DNA of 64,000 nucleotides from assembly GCA_964291395.2 (NCBI GenBank), contig OZ219856.1, forward strand, positions 2,560,001-2,624,000, written 5' to 3'. The notes beneath the pieces were generated by a model that ran no database searches, was not told the origin of the DNA, and was given only the letters and a program-made list of their open reading frames with translations. This stretch comes from Alphaproteobacteria bacterium. Lineage in GTDB: Bacteria > Pseudomonadota > Alphaproteobacteria > UBA2966. Numbering within the stretch: the first letter of the stretch is position 1; every line of letters begins with the position of its first letter. The translations under genes were made by a program, and so were the position numbers. Shown piece by piece: positions 30,814 through 40,404 of the stretch.

Positions 30814-31230
30814 TCAATTTCCAGGTCTCCAATCGGGCGGTGCGAGCTCGAAGCCGGCGAATTCGAAAGCCGGCGCTACCGTGCAGCCGACCAATGTCCA
30901 GGCACCTTCCGAACGGGCGCTTTGCCAGGCTCCAGCGGGAACCACGACCTGGGGCTCGGCGCCGACGCCCACCCCCAGAATCCGATTCGTGATCTCGACG
31001 CCGTCGGACGACAGGTCGAGCCGCAGCGCATCGCCCGCATGGTAATGCCATATCTCCACCGCATCGATCCGGTGCCATGCAGAGATCTCGCCGGACTTGA
31101 GAAGGTAGTAGATCGCGGTCACCGCGCCCCGGTCGCCGTCGCCGGTAGGTGCACGAAACGTCTCGCGGTAATGCCCGCCTTCGGGGTGCGGTTTCAGTCC
31201 GTACCGAGCGATAATTTCGTCAGCGTTCAT
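30814..31230 (-). CDS. Cupin domain protein (DUF985 type)
   Basis: PHPEGGHYRET, TAIYYLL, WHRI..EIWH, VGCTVAPAFEF. Confidence 0.92.
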   Translation of the reverse strand: MNADEIIARYGLKPHPEGGHYRETFRAPTGDGDRGAVTAIYYLLKSGEISAWHRIDAVEIWHYHAGDALRLDLSSDGVEITNRILGVGVGAEPQVVVPAGAWQSARSEGAWTLVGCTVAPAFEFAGFELAPPDWRPGN

Positions 31231-31593
31231 CGGCAACCCATTTTTCAGCGGGCCACGGCGGCACCGGGCCGTAACGGCTCAGCGTACCGGACGATAAGCC
31301 GATCCCCTGACGGCCCACCCTGCGGGCAGAGAGTTCCGATTGCATCATGGATTCAAACACCGCCGGACGGTTTGTGTCTGCATGAGGAAATAGTAATTTA
31401 CGGATCTCGTTCACTCCTCGCCTCTTTCTGCGGAATGGCGGAAGCGTGAAGAAGCGTGAAGAAGTGAGACTTGCCGTCGCCGCGTTCGCCTCTGTTGGCG
31501 TGCGGCGCCGTTTTCCGCCTGCGGTGAGTCCCGTCGGGAATCGAGGGAAACGGGCTTCCCCGCCGACGACTCCAGTATAGCCAGAGGCTGACG

Positions 31594-32889
31594 ATGCGCG
31601 AAAACATATCGGAACGGGGATTGTTCGACCTCTACCGCGAGGACCCCGATGAGGCTGACCGGCTGTTGTTCGGCCGCGAGACGTACCCCGACAGGCGGGG
31701 ATTTCTAAGGAACGCCGGACTGGCGGCCATGGGAGCGCTGGTCGGCACGGCTATTCCCTTCCACCGCAATATCCCGGCCCATTTCGTTCCCGTCGCGCTC
31801 GCCGCGCAGCACACGATTCAGGGCAAGGACGGATTGACGGTGCTCAACGACCGGCCGTTATGCGCGGAAACGCCACCGCACCTGCTCGACGACGACATTA
31901 CGCCGACCAGCAGGCACTTCGTCCGCAACAACGGCCTTCCTCCGGAGGACGTCGACGCGGCGAGCTGGAGGTTGACCATCGACGGTCTGGTCGAAAACCC
32001 GATGACATTGAGTATCGATGATCTCAAGCGGCAGTTCGACGTGGTCACCGAGGCGTTGACGTTGGAGTGCGGAGGCAACGGCCGTGCCTTCTTCGACCCC
32101 CCGGCGAAGGGCAACCAGTGGACCTACGGCGCCGTCGCCTGCTCCGAGTGGACCGGCGTCCGCCTCGCCGACGTGCTCAAGGTCGCAGGGGTGAAAAACA
32201 ACGCCGTCTACACCGCGCATGTGGGCGCCGACACCCATCTTTCCGGCAAGGAGGGCAAGCTCCCCATCTCCCGCGGCATACCGATCGAGAAGGCCATGAA
32301 TGAGCACAACCTCATAGCCTTCGCCCAGAACGGCCGGGCGATCCATCCCATGAACGGTGCGCCGCTGCGCCTCGTAGTACCGGGCTGGCCAGGCTCATGC
32401 TCGCAGAAATGGCTGACCCGCATTTGGCTGCGAGACCGGGTTCACGACGGTCCGAAAATGGGCGGCACCTCCTATCGGATTCCCGACCGGACGGTAGCCC
32501 CGGGGGCGAAGGTGGCCAAAAAGGACTTCGTCATCATCCAGGCCATGCCGGTCAAGTCTCTGATCACCAGTCCGGCCACTGACCACAAGACGGCCGACAA
32601 GACGCTGCGCGTCCGGGGACATGCCTGGGCCGGAGACCGGAAGGTCGACGCCGTCCGTCTGTCGATCGACTTCGGCGCGACTTGGATCGAGACCAGGCTT
32701 GACGACCCGGTGAACGACCACGCCTGGCAGAATTGGCATGCCGCGATCGCATTTCCCCGGACGGGATACTACGAGATTTGGGCCAGGGCGATCGACTCGC
32801 GGGGTGTTGGCCAACCTCACGCCGTTTCCTGGAACCCGAAAGGCTACCTCAACAACTCGATGCACCGGATCGCGGTAACCGTCGGTTAG
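31594..32889 (+). CDS. Periplasmic molybdopterin sulfite dehydrogenase (sulfite oxidase family, SorA/SorT-like)
   Basis: Tat motif DRRGFL, FVRNN, LECGGNGR, GAPLRLVVPGW, SQKW, WNPKGY. Confidence 0.92.
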   Translation: MRENISERGLFDLYREDPDEADRLLFGRETYPDRRGFLRNAGLAAMGALVGTAIPFHRNIPAHFVPVALAAQHTIQGKDGLTVLNDRPLCAETPPHLLDDDITPTSRHFVRNNGLPPEDVDAASWRLTIDGLVENPMTLSIDDLKRQFDVVTEALTLECGGNGRAFFDPPAKGNQWTYGAVACSEWTGVRLADVLKVAGVKNNAVYTAHVGADTHLSGKEGKLPISRGIPIEKAMNEHNLIAFAQNGRAIHPMNGAPLRLVVPGWPGSCSQKWLTRIWLRDRVHDGPKMGGTSYRIPDRTVAPGAKVAKKDFVIIQAMPVKSLITSPATDHKTADKTLRVRGHAWAGDRKVDAVRLSIDFGATWIETRLDDPVNDHAWQNWHAAIAFPRTGYYEIWARAIDSRGVGQPHAVSWNPKGYLNNSMHRIAVTVG

Positions 32890-32918
32890 GGAGCGCTCCG
32901 GGTCGCTGGCTCCGATCG

Positions 32919-33302
32919 ATGCCCCTGCGTCTCGCACGCCGCAAACCTCGGCTCGTCGCGCCGCACGCTGCGGTAGCGGCGATGCTTGCCGTCGGCGCGA
33001 CGCTCGTCCTCAGCGCGGCAGGCATGGGCTCCGGCATCCCGGACGAATACTTCGGTCTGCCCGACGATACGGGTCGCGAGGAAGTCATGGCCTATTGCGG
33101 CGCCTGCCATTCCATGAAGCTGGTGGCGCAACAAGGACTGACCCGTGCCGACTGGGCGGATGTCCTGGTGGAGATGTACGAAGAGCAGGACATGGAGGTA
33201 CTCGAAAAGGAGGACGCGAAACTGATCCTCGACTACCTCGCCAAGCATGTCGGCCTCGAAAACCGGAAGCGGCGCCTTGAAGAGCTCGGGATAGTCCCCT
33301 GA
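32919..33302 (+). CDS. Small monoheme cytochrome c, probable electron acceptor of the sulfite dehydrogenase
   Basis: Signal peptide, CGACHS heme motif, LVAQQGL, ILDYLA. Confidence 0.82.
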   Translation: MPLRLARRKPRLVAPHAAVAAMLAVGATLVLSAAGMGSGIPDEYFGLPDDTGREEVMAYCGACHSMKLVAQQGLTRADWADVLVEMYEEQDMEVLEKEDAKLILDYLAKHVGLENRKRRLEELGIVP

Positions 33303-33469
33303 GCAAAGGCGCCGCCGGTATGGGCCATGCTGGCCCATGACCGGGCATACCGACCGGACTTCGTCAGCCAACCGGCATGAACGCGGCTGGCGACACGATC
33401 GGTTCACACCTTGACAGGTCCGACGCATGCTCATAAAAAACTACTATATACTATAAAGAGATTGGGCTC

Positions 33470-33715
33470 ATGCGCACCGTTTCTCTCATGATCGCCAACC
33501 AGGAGTTCTCCAAGCTGATCAAGGAAGTCGAGCATGGCGAAGCCGTCGTGATCACTCGGCGCGGTCGCCCCATAGCCAAGCTGGTGCCCCATACGGCCGA
33601 CAAGACCGCAGATCCGGAATGGGCGGCCGCCTACAGGCGGATGATGGAGCGGCTGGAGGAAGGCGCTCCGCTCGGCGGACTGCGGGTCGAGCGGGACGCT
33701 CTCTATGACCGTTAA
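33470..33715 (+). CDS. Phd/YefM family antitoxin
   Basis: FSKLIKEVEHGEAVVITRRGRPIAKLVP; overlaps a PIN toxin gene. Confidence 0.9.
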   Translation: MRTVSLMIANQEFSKLIKEVEHGEAVVITRRGRPIAKLVPHTADKTADPEWAAAYRRMMERLEEGAPLGGLRVERDALYDR

Positions 33716-34163
33716 GGGTCGCTTCTCGCTCGACACGAACATCCTCGTCTATGCCGTTGATCGCGATGCGGGCGAACGCCACCGGCGATCCAGGGAGCTC
33801 ATGGGGCAGGCCGCTCTGCGCGACTGCGTGCTCACGGTCCAGGCACTCGCGGAGTTCTTCCATGCGACGACACGGAAGAACCTCCTCGAGCCCGAGCACG
33901 CAAGTGCCTTCGTGCGAAGCTGGCTCGACGTGTTCAAGGTCGCTTCGGCAGACGATTCGGCTCTCCTCGACGCCATGGACGCGGTCGAGGAGCATCACCT
34001 TTCTTTGTGGGACGCCATGCTCTGGGCCGCGGCCCGGCAGACTGGCTGCTCGGCCATCCTCAGCGAAGACACGCAGGACGGCCGACGTCTGGGCGGCGTC
34101 GAGTTCATCAATCCTTTTGTCGGTGACGCCGCGACCCGCCTCACGGCGCTGCTTGAAGCATGA
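33705..34163 (+). CDS. vapC: PIN-domain (VapC-like) toxin
   Basis: LDTNILVY, QALAEF, SLWDAML, SED, INPF. Confidence 0.9.
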   Translation: MTVKGRFSLDTNILVYAVDRDAGERHRRSRELMGQAALRDCVLTVQALAEFFHATTRKNLLEPEHASAFVRSWLDVFKVASADDSALLDAMDAVEEHHLSLWDAMLWAAARQTGCSAILSEDTQDGRRLGGVEFINPFVGDAATRLTALLEA

Positions 34164-34276
34164 TCCCCGCTGCACCGTCTCGGCCGCGCCGGCGCTCGCG
34201 AGACCGGACACGATAATCAAGCCGGCATTCAAAGGCAGAAGTCGACGAGGTCTCCTGGTTCGATCGCATCACCGAA

Positions 34277-34320
34277 GCGGCTTGCAAGAACGGTGCGCAG
34301 ATTTCGTGGCACGGCGCGGC
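34277..34320 (+). repeat. 44-bp direct repeat of an internal piece of the methyltransferase gene (other copy at 35858-35901)
   Basis: 41/44 identical by manual alignment; both copies encode GLQERCADFVARRG. Confidence 0.9.
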
Positions 34321-34370
34321 TCAAAAGGCTGTGCAATCCCGGCCTCTCCCAAGATCGCCATTCGAAAGGC

Positions 34371-34664
34371 TCAAGCGGCCTTGGCGAGTTGCTTCACGGT
34401 CTTCCTTATCGCGGGTCCGTTATCACGCTCGGCAACCTCGAGCTCGTAATGGGACTGGAGGTTGAGCCAGAACGACGCGGACACGCCGAAGGCCCGCTCG
34501 AGCCTGAGCGCGGTGTCGGCCGTGATGCCGCGCCGGCCGCGCACGATGTCGCTGATTCGGTTCTGCGGGATGCCGAGCGCCTTCGACAGGCCGTTGGCGC
34601 TGAGCTCGTAGGGTTCCATGAAATCCTCGCGGAGAGTCACGCCCGGGTGTATGGGTCCGATCAT
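34371..34664 (-). CDS. higA: HigA family antitoxin
   Basis: PIHPGVTLREDF, RISDIVRGRRGITADTALRL, FWLNLQ. Confidence 0.93.
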   Translation of the reverse strand: MIGPIHPGVTLREDFMEPYELSANGLSKALGIPQNRISDIVRGRRGITADTALRLERAFGVSASFWLNLQSHYELEVAERDNGPAIRKTVKQLAKAA

Positions 34665-34942
34665 CGGTGGTAGTCCGTTATCTCTACGTTGGCGGGTCCA
34701 TCCTTCCAGTCGAACACGATGCGGTATCGCTCGTTGATGGCGACGGTCCACTACCCTTCGCGATTCCCTCTGAGCCTGTGGAGCCTCGCGCCGGGGTTGT
34801 TTCGCAGGTCGTCCAGCGTGGTCGTCGCGTTCAGAACGTTGAGCCTGCGTTTGGCCTGGGCCTGAATGCCCTGGAAGCGGCGCACCCGCCGGTCGCGCCA
34901 AACCGCCTCCGTATCCCTGTCCACGAACGACCGTATCGCCAT
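34661..34942 (-). pseudogene. higB: HigB (RelE/ParE) toxin with an internal amber stop
   Basis: MAIRSF...LHRLRGNREG*WTVAINERYRIVFDW...VEITDYH; TAG at 34751-34753; the final TGA overlaps the higA ATG. Confidence 0.9.
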
Positions 34943-35190
34943 GTCCAATGTGTAATACGGTGCTCGTATATGTCAAGACTCCGCCACTCGACGGGCGTCG
35001 AGATCCAGGGCATCGATCTCGCGTCGGACATGAGCGGATCATGCGCCATGTCCAGGTCGCCGGGGACAGATCCGTCTGATTCGGACGTTCAGGACCGGCG
35101 GCCAAGAGACCCGCGGCCCCGGTCTTGCGCGTGACGCCGGACACGGCGCACGTCGAGCGTGATACACTTGTCTTTCGGGAGAAGCGTCCG

Positions 35191-36081
35191 ATGTCGTCCA
35201 CCGGTCCGGCAGTCCAACGACCAAGCAAGACCGCGGAGTTGGCCGCGGCCGTTCGTGCGCTGCACCTTCGACGCGCCCGGTCTCCCGTATTCTACGACGA
35301 TCTGGCGCTGGAGATGTGTGGACCGTTCTGGCGTACCGTGGTCTCCAGCAGGCTTTTGTCCTGGTTGGTCGTCGACGGCATCTTACGGCGCCTGGCGCCC
35401 ATTTCGCCGGCTGTCTATACCCGCGCCCGGTTCGGCGAGGATTGTCTGGAAGCAGCCATTGGCCGGGGCGTCGAGCAGTACGTGATCGTAGGGGCCGGCT
35501 ATGAAACCTTCGCGATGCGCCGCCAAGACCTCATGGCGCGGCTGACGGTTTACGAACTGGATCAGCCGGCAACGCAGGAATCGAAGCGGCGGCGCATGCG
35601 GAAGGCGGGAATCCCGATGCCGGAAGGACTACGCTACGTCGCTGCCGACCTGAATGCCGAGACTCTGTATGACGCGTTGGGGCGGGCCGGCTTCGATGCC
35701 TCGCGGCAGACGCTTTTTTCCTGGTTCGGTGTCACCTACTATCTCGGCAAGGATGCCATACGGGAGACCCTGGAAAGCATCGCCGGCAAGATGGCGCCCG
35801 GCTCGTCCGTGATGTTCGACTATCTCGCGGATCCGGCATGGACGCCCGTCGCGTGGCGCGGCCTGCAGGAACGGTGCGCCGATTTCGTGGCACGGCGCGG
35901 CGAACCTTGGGTATCGAGCTTCGATCCGGCTGAGATGCCCGACTTTCTTACCGGCATCGGGTATTCGGAAATCAACAATCTCGAACCGGACCGGATCGGC
36001 AGCGAGTATTTCTCCGCCGATCCGGATCTCGTCTATCCTCCCGTCATCGGCTTTTGCCATGCGGCCACGTCGACGGGATGA
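35191..36081 (+). CDS. Class I SAM-dependent methyltransferase (leucine carboxyl methyltransferase-like)
   Basis: TAELAAAVRA, RARFGED, QYVIVGAGYET, YELDQP, YVAADL, GVTYYL. Confidence 0.9.
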   Translation: MSSTGPAVQRPSKTAELAAAVRALHLRRARSPVFYDDLALEMCGPFWRTVVSSRLLSWLVVDGILRRLAPISPAVYTRARFGEDCLEAAIGRGVEQYVIVGAGYETFAMRRQDLMARLTVYELDQPATQESKRRRMRKAGIPMPEGLRYVAADLNAETLYDALGRAGFDASRQTLFSWFGVTYYLGKDAIRETLESIAGKMAPGSSVMFDYLADPAWTPVAWRGLQERCADFVARRGEPWVSSFDPAEMPDFLTGIGYSEINNLEPDRIGSEYFSADPDLVYPPVIGFCHAATSTG

Positions 36082-36415
36082 AATTGCGCCCCGAATCCGA
36101 CCGGCCCTCACGTTTGGCGCGACGCGTAGAGTTGGAGTCGTAGTTCTCTCGGTCGCCGGCGCGTTCCGCGTCGCCTTCGCCGCACAGAGCGGAACACGCC
36201 CTGACTCGGCCTCGACCGGGTCGTTTCGATATCGGCGGAAACGGGTCTTATGAGTCTGGCCCGACCGTCCCGTGCCGATCTTCAACATATAATGCGAGAA
36301 CTTGCCGTCGCCGCCCTATGCCGTCAAACTCCGGGTAGGAATACCGCCTCGTCGAATCGTCCACGATGACGACGTCCGGCGCATGTGGTGGTCGTTCAAA
36401 AGGAGACAGACCAAA

Positions 36416-37816
36416 GTGGCGATTAATCGACACATCCATACCGGTTTTGGTTTTCGGTCTTTGGGGATCAGTGCCCTTACTGGTCTTTTGGCCGTTTCGT
36501 TCTTGGCGTTTTTTCCGAGTGAGGCGCAGGCGGCCCTGGACGGTGAAGCCCAGTTCGTTCTGAACAGCTTTTCGTTCCTGATCTGGGGGGCGCTGGTGAT
36601 GTGGATGTGCGCCGGGTTCACCATGCTCGAATCGGGCTCGGTGCGCACCAAGAACGCATCGGTGATCTGCCTCAAGAACATTGGCCTCTATTCCATAGCC
36701 GGTCTGATGTTCTACCTGGTCGGCTACAACATCATGTATGTCGGGGTCCCGGAAGGCGGCTGGTTCGGCACGCTGACTCTGTTCTACGGCACCACGGGCG
36801 ACGAGGTGACGCTGCTCGGCGGCGGCGACGACGCGGCCAAGGCGGGCGCGGCGGTGGTCAAGAACGGCTATTCGACGATGTCTGACTGGTTCTTCCAGAT
36901 GGTGTTCGTCGCAACCACCGCCTCCATCGTCTCCGGAACCCTGGCCGAGCGGGTCAAGCTCTGGTCCTTCCTCCTGTTCATCACCGTGCTGACCGCGATC
37001 ATCTACCCGGTCATCGGGTCGTGGACCTGGGGCGGCGGCTGGCTCTCGGCAATGGGCTTCCAAGATTTCGCCGGCTCGACGATCGTCCACTCGACCGGCG
37101 GCTGGGCGGCGCTCGCCGGCGCCCTGGTCGTCGGCGCGCGCAAGGGCAAGTTCCGCGAGGACGGCAGCGTGAAATCCACCCCGCCCTCCAACGTGCCGGC
37201 GGTGACGCTCGGCGTGTTCATCCTCTGGCTCGGCTGGTTCGGATTCAACGGCGGTTCGCAGCTGGCGCTCAGCGGCGCCGCCGATGCCGTGGCCATCAGC
37301 AACATCCTCGCCAACACCAATCTCGCGGCGGCCGCCGGCGTGCTCGCCGCGATGGCGCTGTCGCGGCCGGTGCTCGGGCGCGTCGACCTGCTGGCGAGCC
37401 TGAACGGCGCCATCGGCGGACTGGTGGCGATCACCGCGGGACCCGACATCGTCGACCACTACTGGGCGGTGGTAATCGGCGCGGTCGGCGGCGCCATCGT
37501 GGTACTCGGCGTGAAGGTGCTCGACCGGCTCAAGGTCGACGACGTGGTGGGCGCGGTTCCCGCGCATCTGTTCGCCGGAGTCTGGGGCACGCTCGCGGTG
37601 TGCATCGCCGCCGGGGGCAGTTTCCTCGTGCAGCTCACCGGGATCGTCGCCATCGGCGCGTTCGTGTTCGCCTCCTCCTGGATGGTATGGTGGGCGATCA
37701 ACATGACACTCGGCGCCCGCATCACGCCGGTGACCGAGGACCTGGGCCAAGATGTGGCGGAGCTGGGCATCGAGGCCTATCCCGAGTTCGTCGTCGTCCC
37801 CGACTCCGACGACTGA
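36416..37816 (+). CDS. amt: Ammonium transporter
   Basis: GFTMLESG, FFQMVF, SGTLAER, DFAGSTIVH, LWLGWFGFNGGS, DDVVGAVPAH; GTG start after aggaga. Confidence 0.95.
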   Translation: MAINRHIHTGFGFRSLGISALTGLLAVSFLAFFPSEAQAALDGEAQFVLNSFSFLIWGALVMWMCAGFTMLESGSVRTKNASVICLKNIGLYSIAGLMFYLVGYNIMYVGVPEGGWFGTLTLFYGTTGDEVTLLGGGDDAAKAGAAVVKNGYSTMSDWFFQMVFVATTASIVSGTLAERVKLWSFLLFITVLTAIIYPVIGSWTWGGGWLSAMGFQDFAGSTIVHSTGGWAALAGALVVGARKGKFREDGSVKSTPPSNVPAVTLGVFILWLGWFGFNGGSQLALSGAADAVAISNILANTNLAAAAGVLAAMALSRPVLGRVDLLASLNGAIGGLVAITAGPDIVDHYWAVVIGAVGGAIVVLGVKVLDRLKVDDVVGAVPAHLFAGVWGTLAVCIAAGGSFLVQLTGIVAIGAFVFASSWMVWWAINMTLGARITPVTEDLGQDVAELGIEAYPEFVVVPDSDD

Positions 37817-39120
37817 GAGGCGGACAATGCGTGAGGGTGAGTGGCGCCGTCCGGCGTGCCTTCGAAGATGAAGTCATTCAGAAAGATGCGCTGACCGAAC
37901 AGGTTACGCTCGACCTCGGTCAATCCAGCTTCCTTGCAGATGTCGTCCCATTCGTCCCGGATGGCGCCGATCTGCCGATCTATGATGTCCCTCGCCGCTT
38001 TCGCGCTGAGCTGGAAATTGGGCGCGGCCTCCAGGCAGGTCGCAAGCGTGCTCGTCCGATTGTCTCCGACGATCAACATCGCCTGGCTGGCCACATTGCC
38101 GGAACGGCTTTGCGGGCAGATGTCATAGGCAGGCGTCAGGGTCAGGCGTTCGCCGTCCCAGAAGCCCGCATGGTTGCGGGCGTGGTCGTCGGTATTGCCG
38201 CACAGGACGTTGAACACGAGCCGTCCGTAAAGCTCGTGCAACGTCGCCTTCGGCGAGGTGAAGCGGTGCCGAATGATTTCCGCGAGGACTTCATAGCTGG
38301 CGTAACGCGCCATCATTTCATCGAGACCGAACAGCGTCAGCGCCGAGACCATCGCCTTGCGCGTCCAGCCGTCTTTCGTCTTCACGCGGTCGAAACGCTC
38401 GACCAGCAGCACGTTCTTGCCGGCGACATGCGTAATACGCACGGGAGCGACGTCGAGCCCCGCCTTGGCAGCAAGGCGCATGGCGACATATTCCGCCTTC
38501 ACCACGTTATAGGTGTCGGTCGAAGACGAGAACTTGGCGATCATCTTCGTGTCGCCTTCCTGGATCGTCGCCTTCGGGCGCGCGCCGCCGAGCGACGTAC
38601 CGTGCAACAGCGCTTGATCGAGATCGGGCGTCAGCGGCACGCCATTCTCGACTTTCTCGGCGGCGCTCAGCAGCTCTTCGAGCGTCGCGGCTTGGACGGC
38701 GCGCGACACGTACTCGGAAGGGGAGCGCTGGAAGTCCAGGGCGCCGATTCGGTCGGAGCCGGACTCCGAGCAGATAGGTCAGCTCGTCGAGCGCAGCGGT
38801 GTCGACATGCATTGCCCTTGCGCCCGAAGGTCCGGTTCAGGATGACGCGACGGCCCCACGCATCCGGCGCGGCGTCGCGCAGACATCCGGCCATGCTCAG
38901 CCCGGCATTCGGGCGCAATCGCTCCGCTGCGCAGCGGCAGTTCCGGCTCGTAGATCGGAATGCGGTCATTCCGATCCAGATAGCTCTGGCCGTAGTTGAA
39001 GATCAGCCGCTCGCCGTCACGCGCGATTCGACCGGCGACGACCGGTGCCGTCGCGCCGGGCAGCCATACCCAGACATAGGCTTCCTCCGGCGCTTTCGTG
39101 TCGGGGCGATCAGAAGTCAT
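37777..39120 (-). pseudogene. hipA: HipA family kinase toxin disrupted by frameshifts at about 38760-38915
   Basis: Segments in different frames: AYVWVWLPG, LRDAAPDAWGRRVI, LDELTYLL, SDRIGALDF, SLGGARPKA, VERFDR, NTDDHARN, LTPAYD. Confidence 0.88.
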
Positions 39121-39448
39121 CCTTCACCTTCTTCGTTCCGGTGCGGACGGATTGCGGCAGCAGGGTGAGCTTGTCGCGTTCCATCGACAGATGGCGCGTC
39201 AGCGTTGTCGGTTCGGCTTGGAACAAGCGCAGCCCGACAATGGCGGCCACCTCGAAGGCCGCGCCGATGGAGGAGCCCATTTCGCCTTTTTCGATGCGGT
39301 GCACGAGGCCGCGCGAAGTCCCGGCGCGTTCGGCGACATCGGCGACCGTGATGCCGCGTTCGATGCGCGCGTTACGGATCATGAGCCCAAGAAGCTCTGC
39401 GGCTTCGCGGGCATAGCGGGAATAGCTTCTGTTTGCGGGCTTCGCCAT
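39110..39448 (-). CDS. XRE-family HTH antitoxin (HipB-like)
   Basis: IRNARIERGITVADVAERAGTSRGLVHRIEKG; overlaps the hipA start. Confidence 0.88.
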   Translation of the reverse strand: MAKPANRSYSRYAREAAELLGLMIRNARIERGITVADVAERAGTSRGLVHRIEKGEMGSSIGAAFEVAAIVGLRLFQAEPTTLTRHLSMERDKLTLLPQSVRTGTKKVKDDF

Positions 39449-39457
39449 TGCTTTGTT

Positions 39458-39588
39458 TGATCCATAAATAGATCATGAATAAGGGTCATGACTTATTTAT
39501 AGATTATTCCAGTGGATTTCAAGTGGATTGGAAAGTCTGAGTTCCATAAATTGATTGTAAGATAGATTAATGATCCGTTTATAGAACA
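39458..39588. promoter_or_regulatory. Four operator-like dyads (TGATC-N8-GATCA consensus) upstream of the hipB-like gene
   Basis: TGATC-CATAAATA-GATCA at 39458, TGACT-TATTTATA-GATTA at 39489, AGTTC-CATAAATT-GATTG at 39540, TGATC-CGTTTATA-GAACA at 39571, all within an AT-rich island. Confidence 0.7.
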
Positions 39589-39663
39589 GATATGTTGGAT
39601 TGAGCCGCCATATAAAGCCCATGTGTTGGTTCAAAGCCAAATAGGGCTTTGCGCCAAAGGACT

Positions 39664-39798
39664 ACGAACGAGAAGCGGCTGCCGTTCGCCGCCCAGGTGC
39701 CGAATGCCACCACCGTCAAAGCCATGAAGGAACTCGACGACTGCGAGGGCGAGCGCGTCGGAAGCGTCGAGAAGTTGTTCGAGGACATCGGCGGCTGA
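39664..39798 (+). pseudogene. C-terminal remnant of a DinJ/RelB antitoxin
   Basis: NEKRLPFAAQVPNATTVKAMKEL...SVEKLFEDIGG*; no N-terminal RHH half; sits directly before yafQ. Confidence 0.75.
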
Positions 39799-39799
39799 T

Positions 39800-40073
39800 G
39801 TGCTGATCCCGGTCCGGTCCACGCAATTCAGGCGCGACGTGAGGAGAGCGCAAAAGGCGGGGCAAGGACCTGACCTAGTTGCGGCCTCCGCTGACGGCAC
39901 CGATCCAACAGGAACCTTTGCCCGTGGGCTATCGCGATCATCCGTTGCGAGGGATCTGGAAAAGTTACCGGGAGTTTCATATCGAGCCCGAGTGGCTGTT
40001 GATTTACCGCGTCAAGGGAGACGAGTTGCATTTGGTCCGCACCGGGTCCCACGCCGACCTTTTCGATGAGTAG
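39800..40073 (+). pseudogene. yafQ: YafQ family toxin with a frameshift and an internal stop
   Basis: MLIPVRSTQFRRDV, then a shifted frame RGKDLT*L...YRDHPLRGIWKSYREFHIEPEWLLIY...RTGSHADLF. Confidence 0.85.
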
Positions 40074-40346
40074 CACTGACAACGAGGCGTTGTCCCTGCG
40101 GAGGATAGCTGCCCTGGTCCCGTTTCAGCCCGCGCTCTGTCCGTCCTGGTGGCGCCGCGCGTTCGGGGGAAAGGGACGCGAGGGGACCGGGGATCGAGGA
40201 AGAGAAAACTGACGGATCATGACGGTCATTCGACGTATCCCAAGGCGCCTGCGATTACCGTCCGTGACGCAATGCATGATACCCACAACACCAACTTGAC
40301 CCCTCCATCAAAACCGGGGACCATCCGGAGAGAATGCATGGGTCAT

Positions 40347-40389
40347 CGGTTCCGGGGATGACCGGTCTCGAGCCGGCATCCCGGAGCCG
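40347..40389. repeat. GC-rich imperfect hairpin
   Basis: cggttccggggatgaccgg ... ccggcatcccggagccg can pair with two bulges. Confidence 0.5.
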
Positions 40390-40404
40390 TCCGTGGCTTG
40401 ATGA

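Noticed and set aside
31441-31468. Tandem gaagcgtgaa repeat
   Set aside because: Only about 2.5 copies; no function can be supported.
36248-39168. Long ORFs 36248-37750 (-) and 37021-39168 (+)
   Set aside because: Shadow frames of amt and hipA in GC-rich DNA; Arg/Gly-rich with no motifs.
33400-40100. TA-rich region as an integron, prophage or transposon
   Set aside because: No integrase, transposase, phage gene or repeated attC-like site was seen, and ordinary genes are interspersed.
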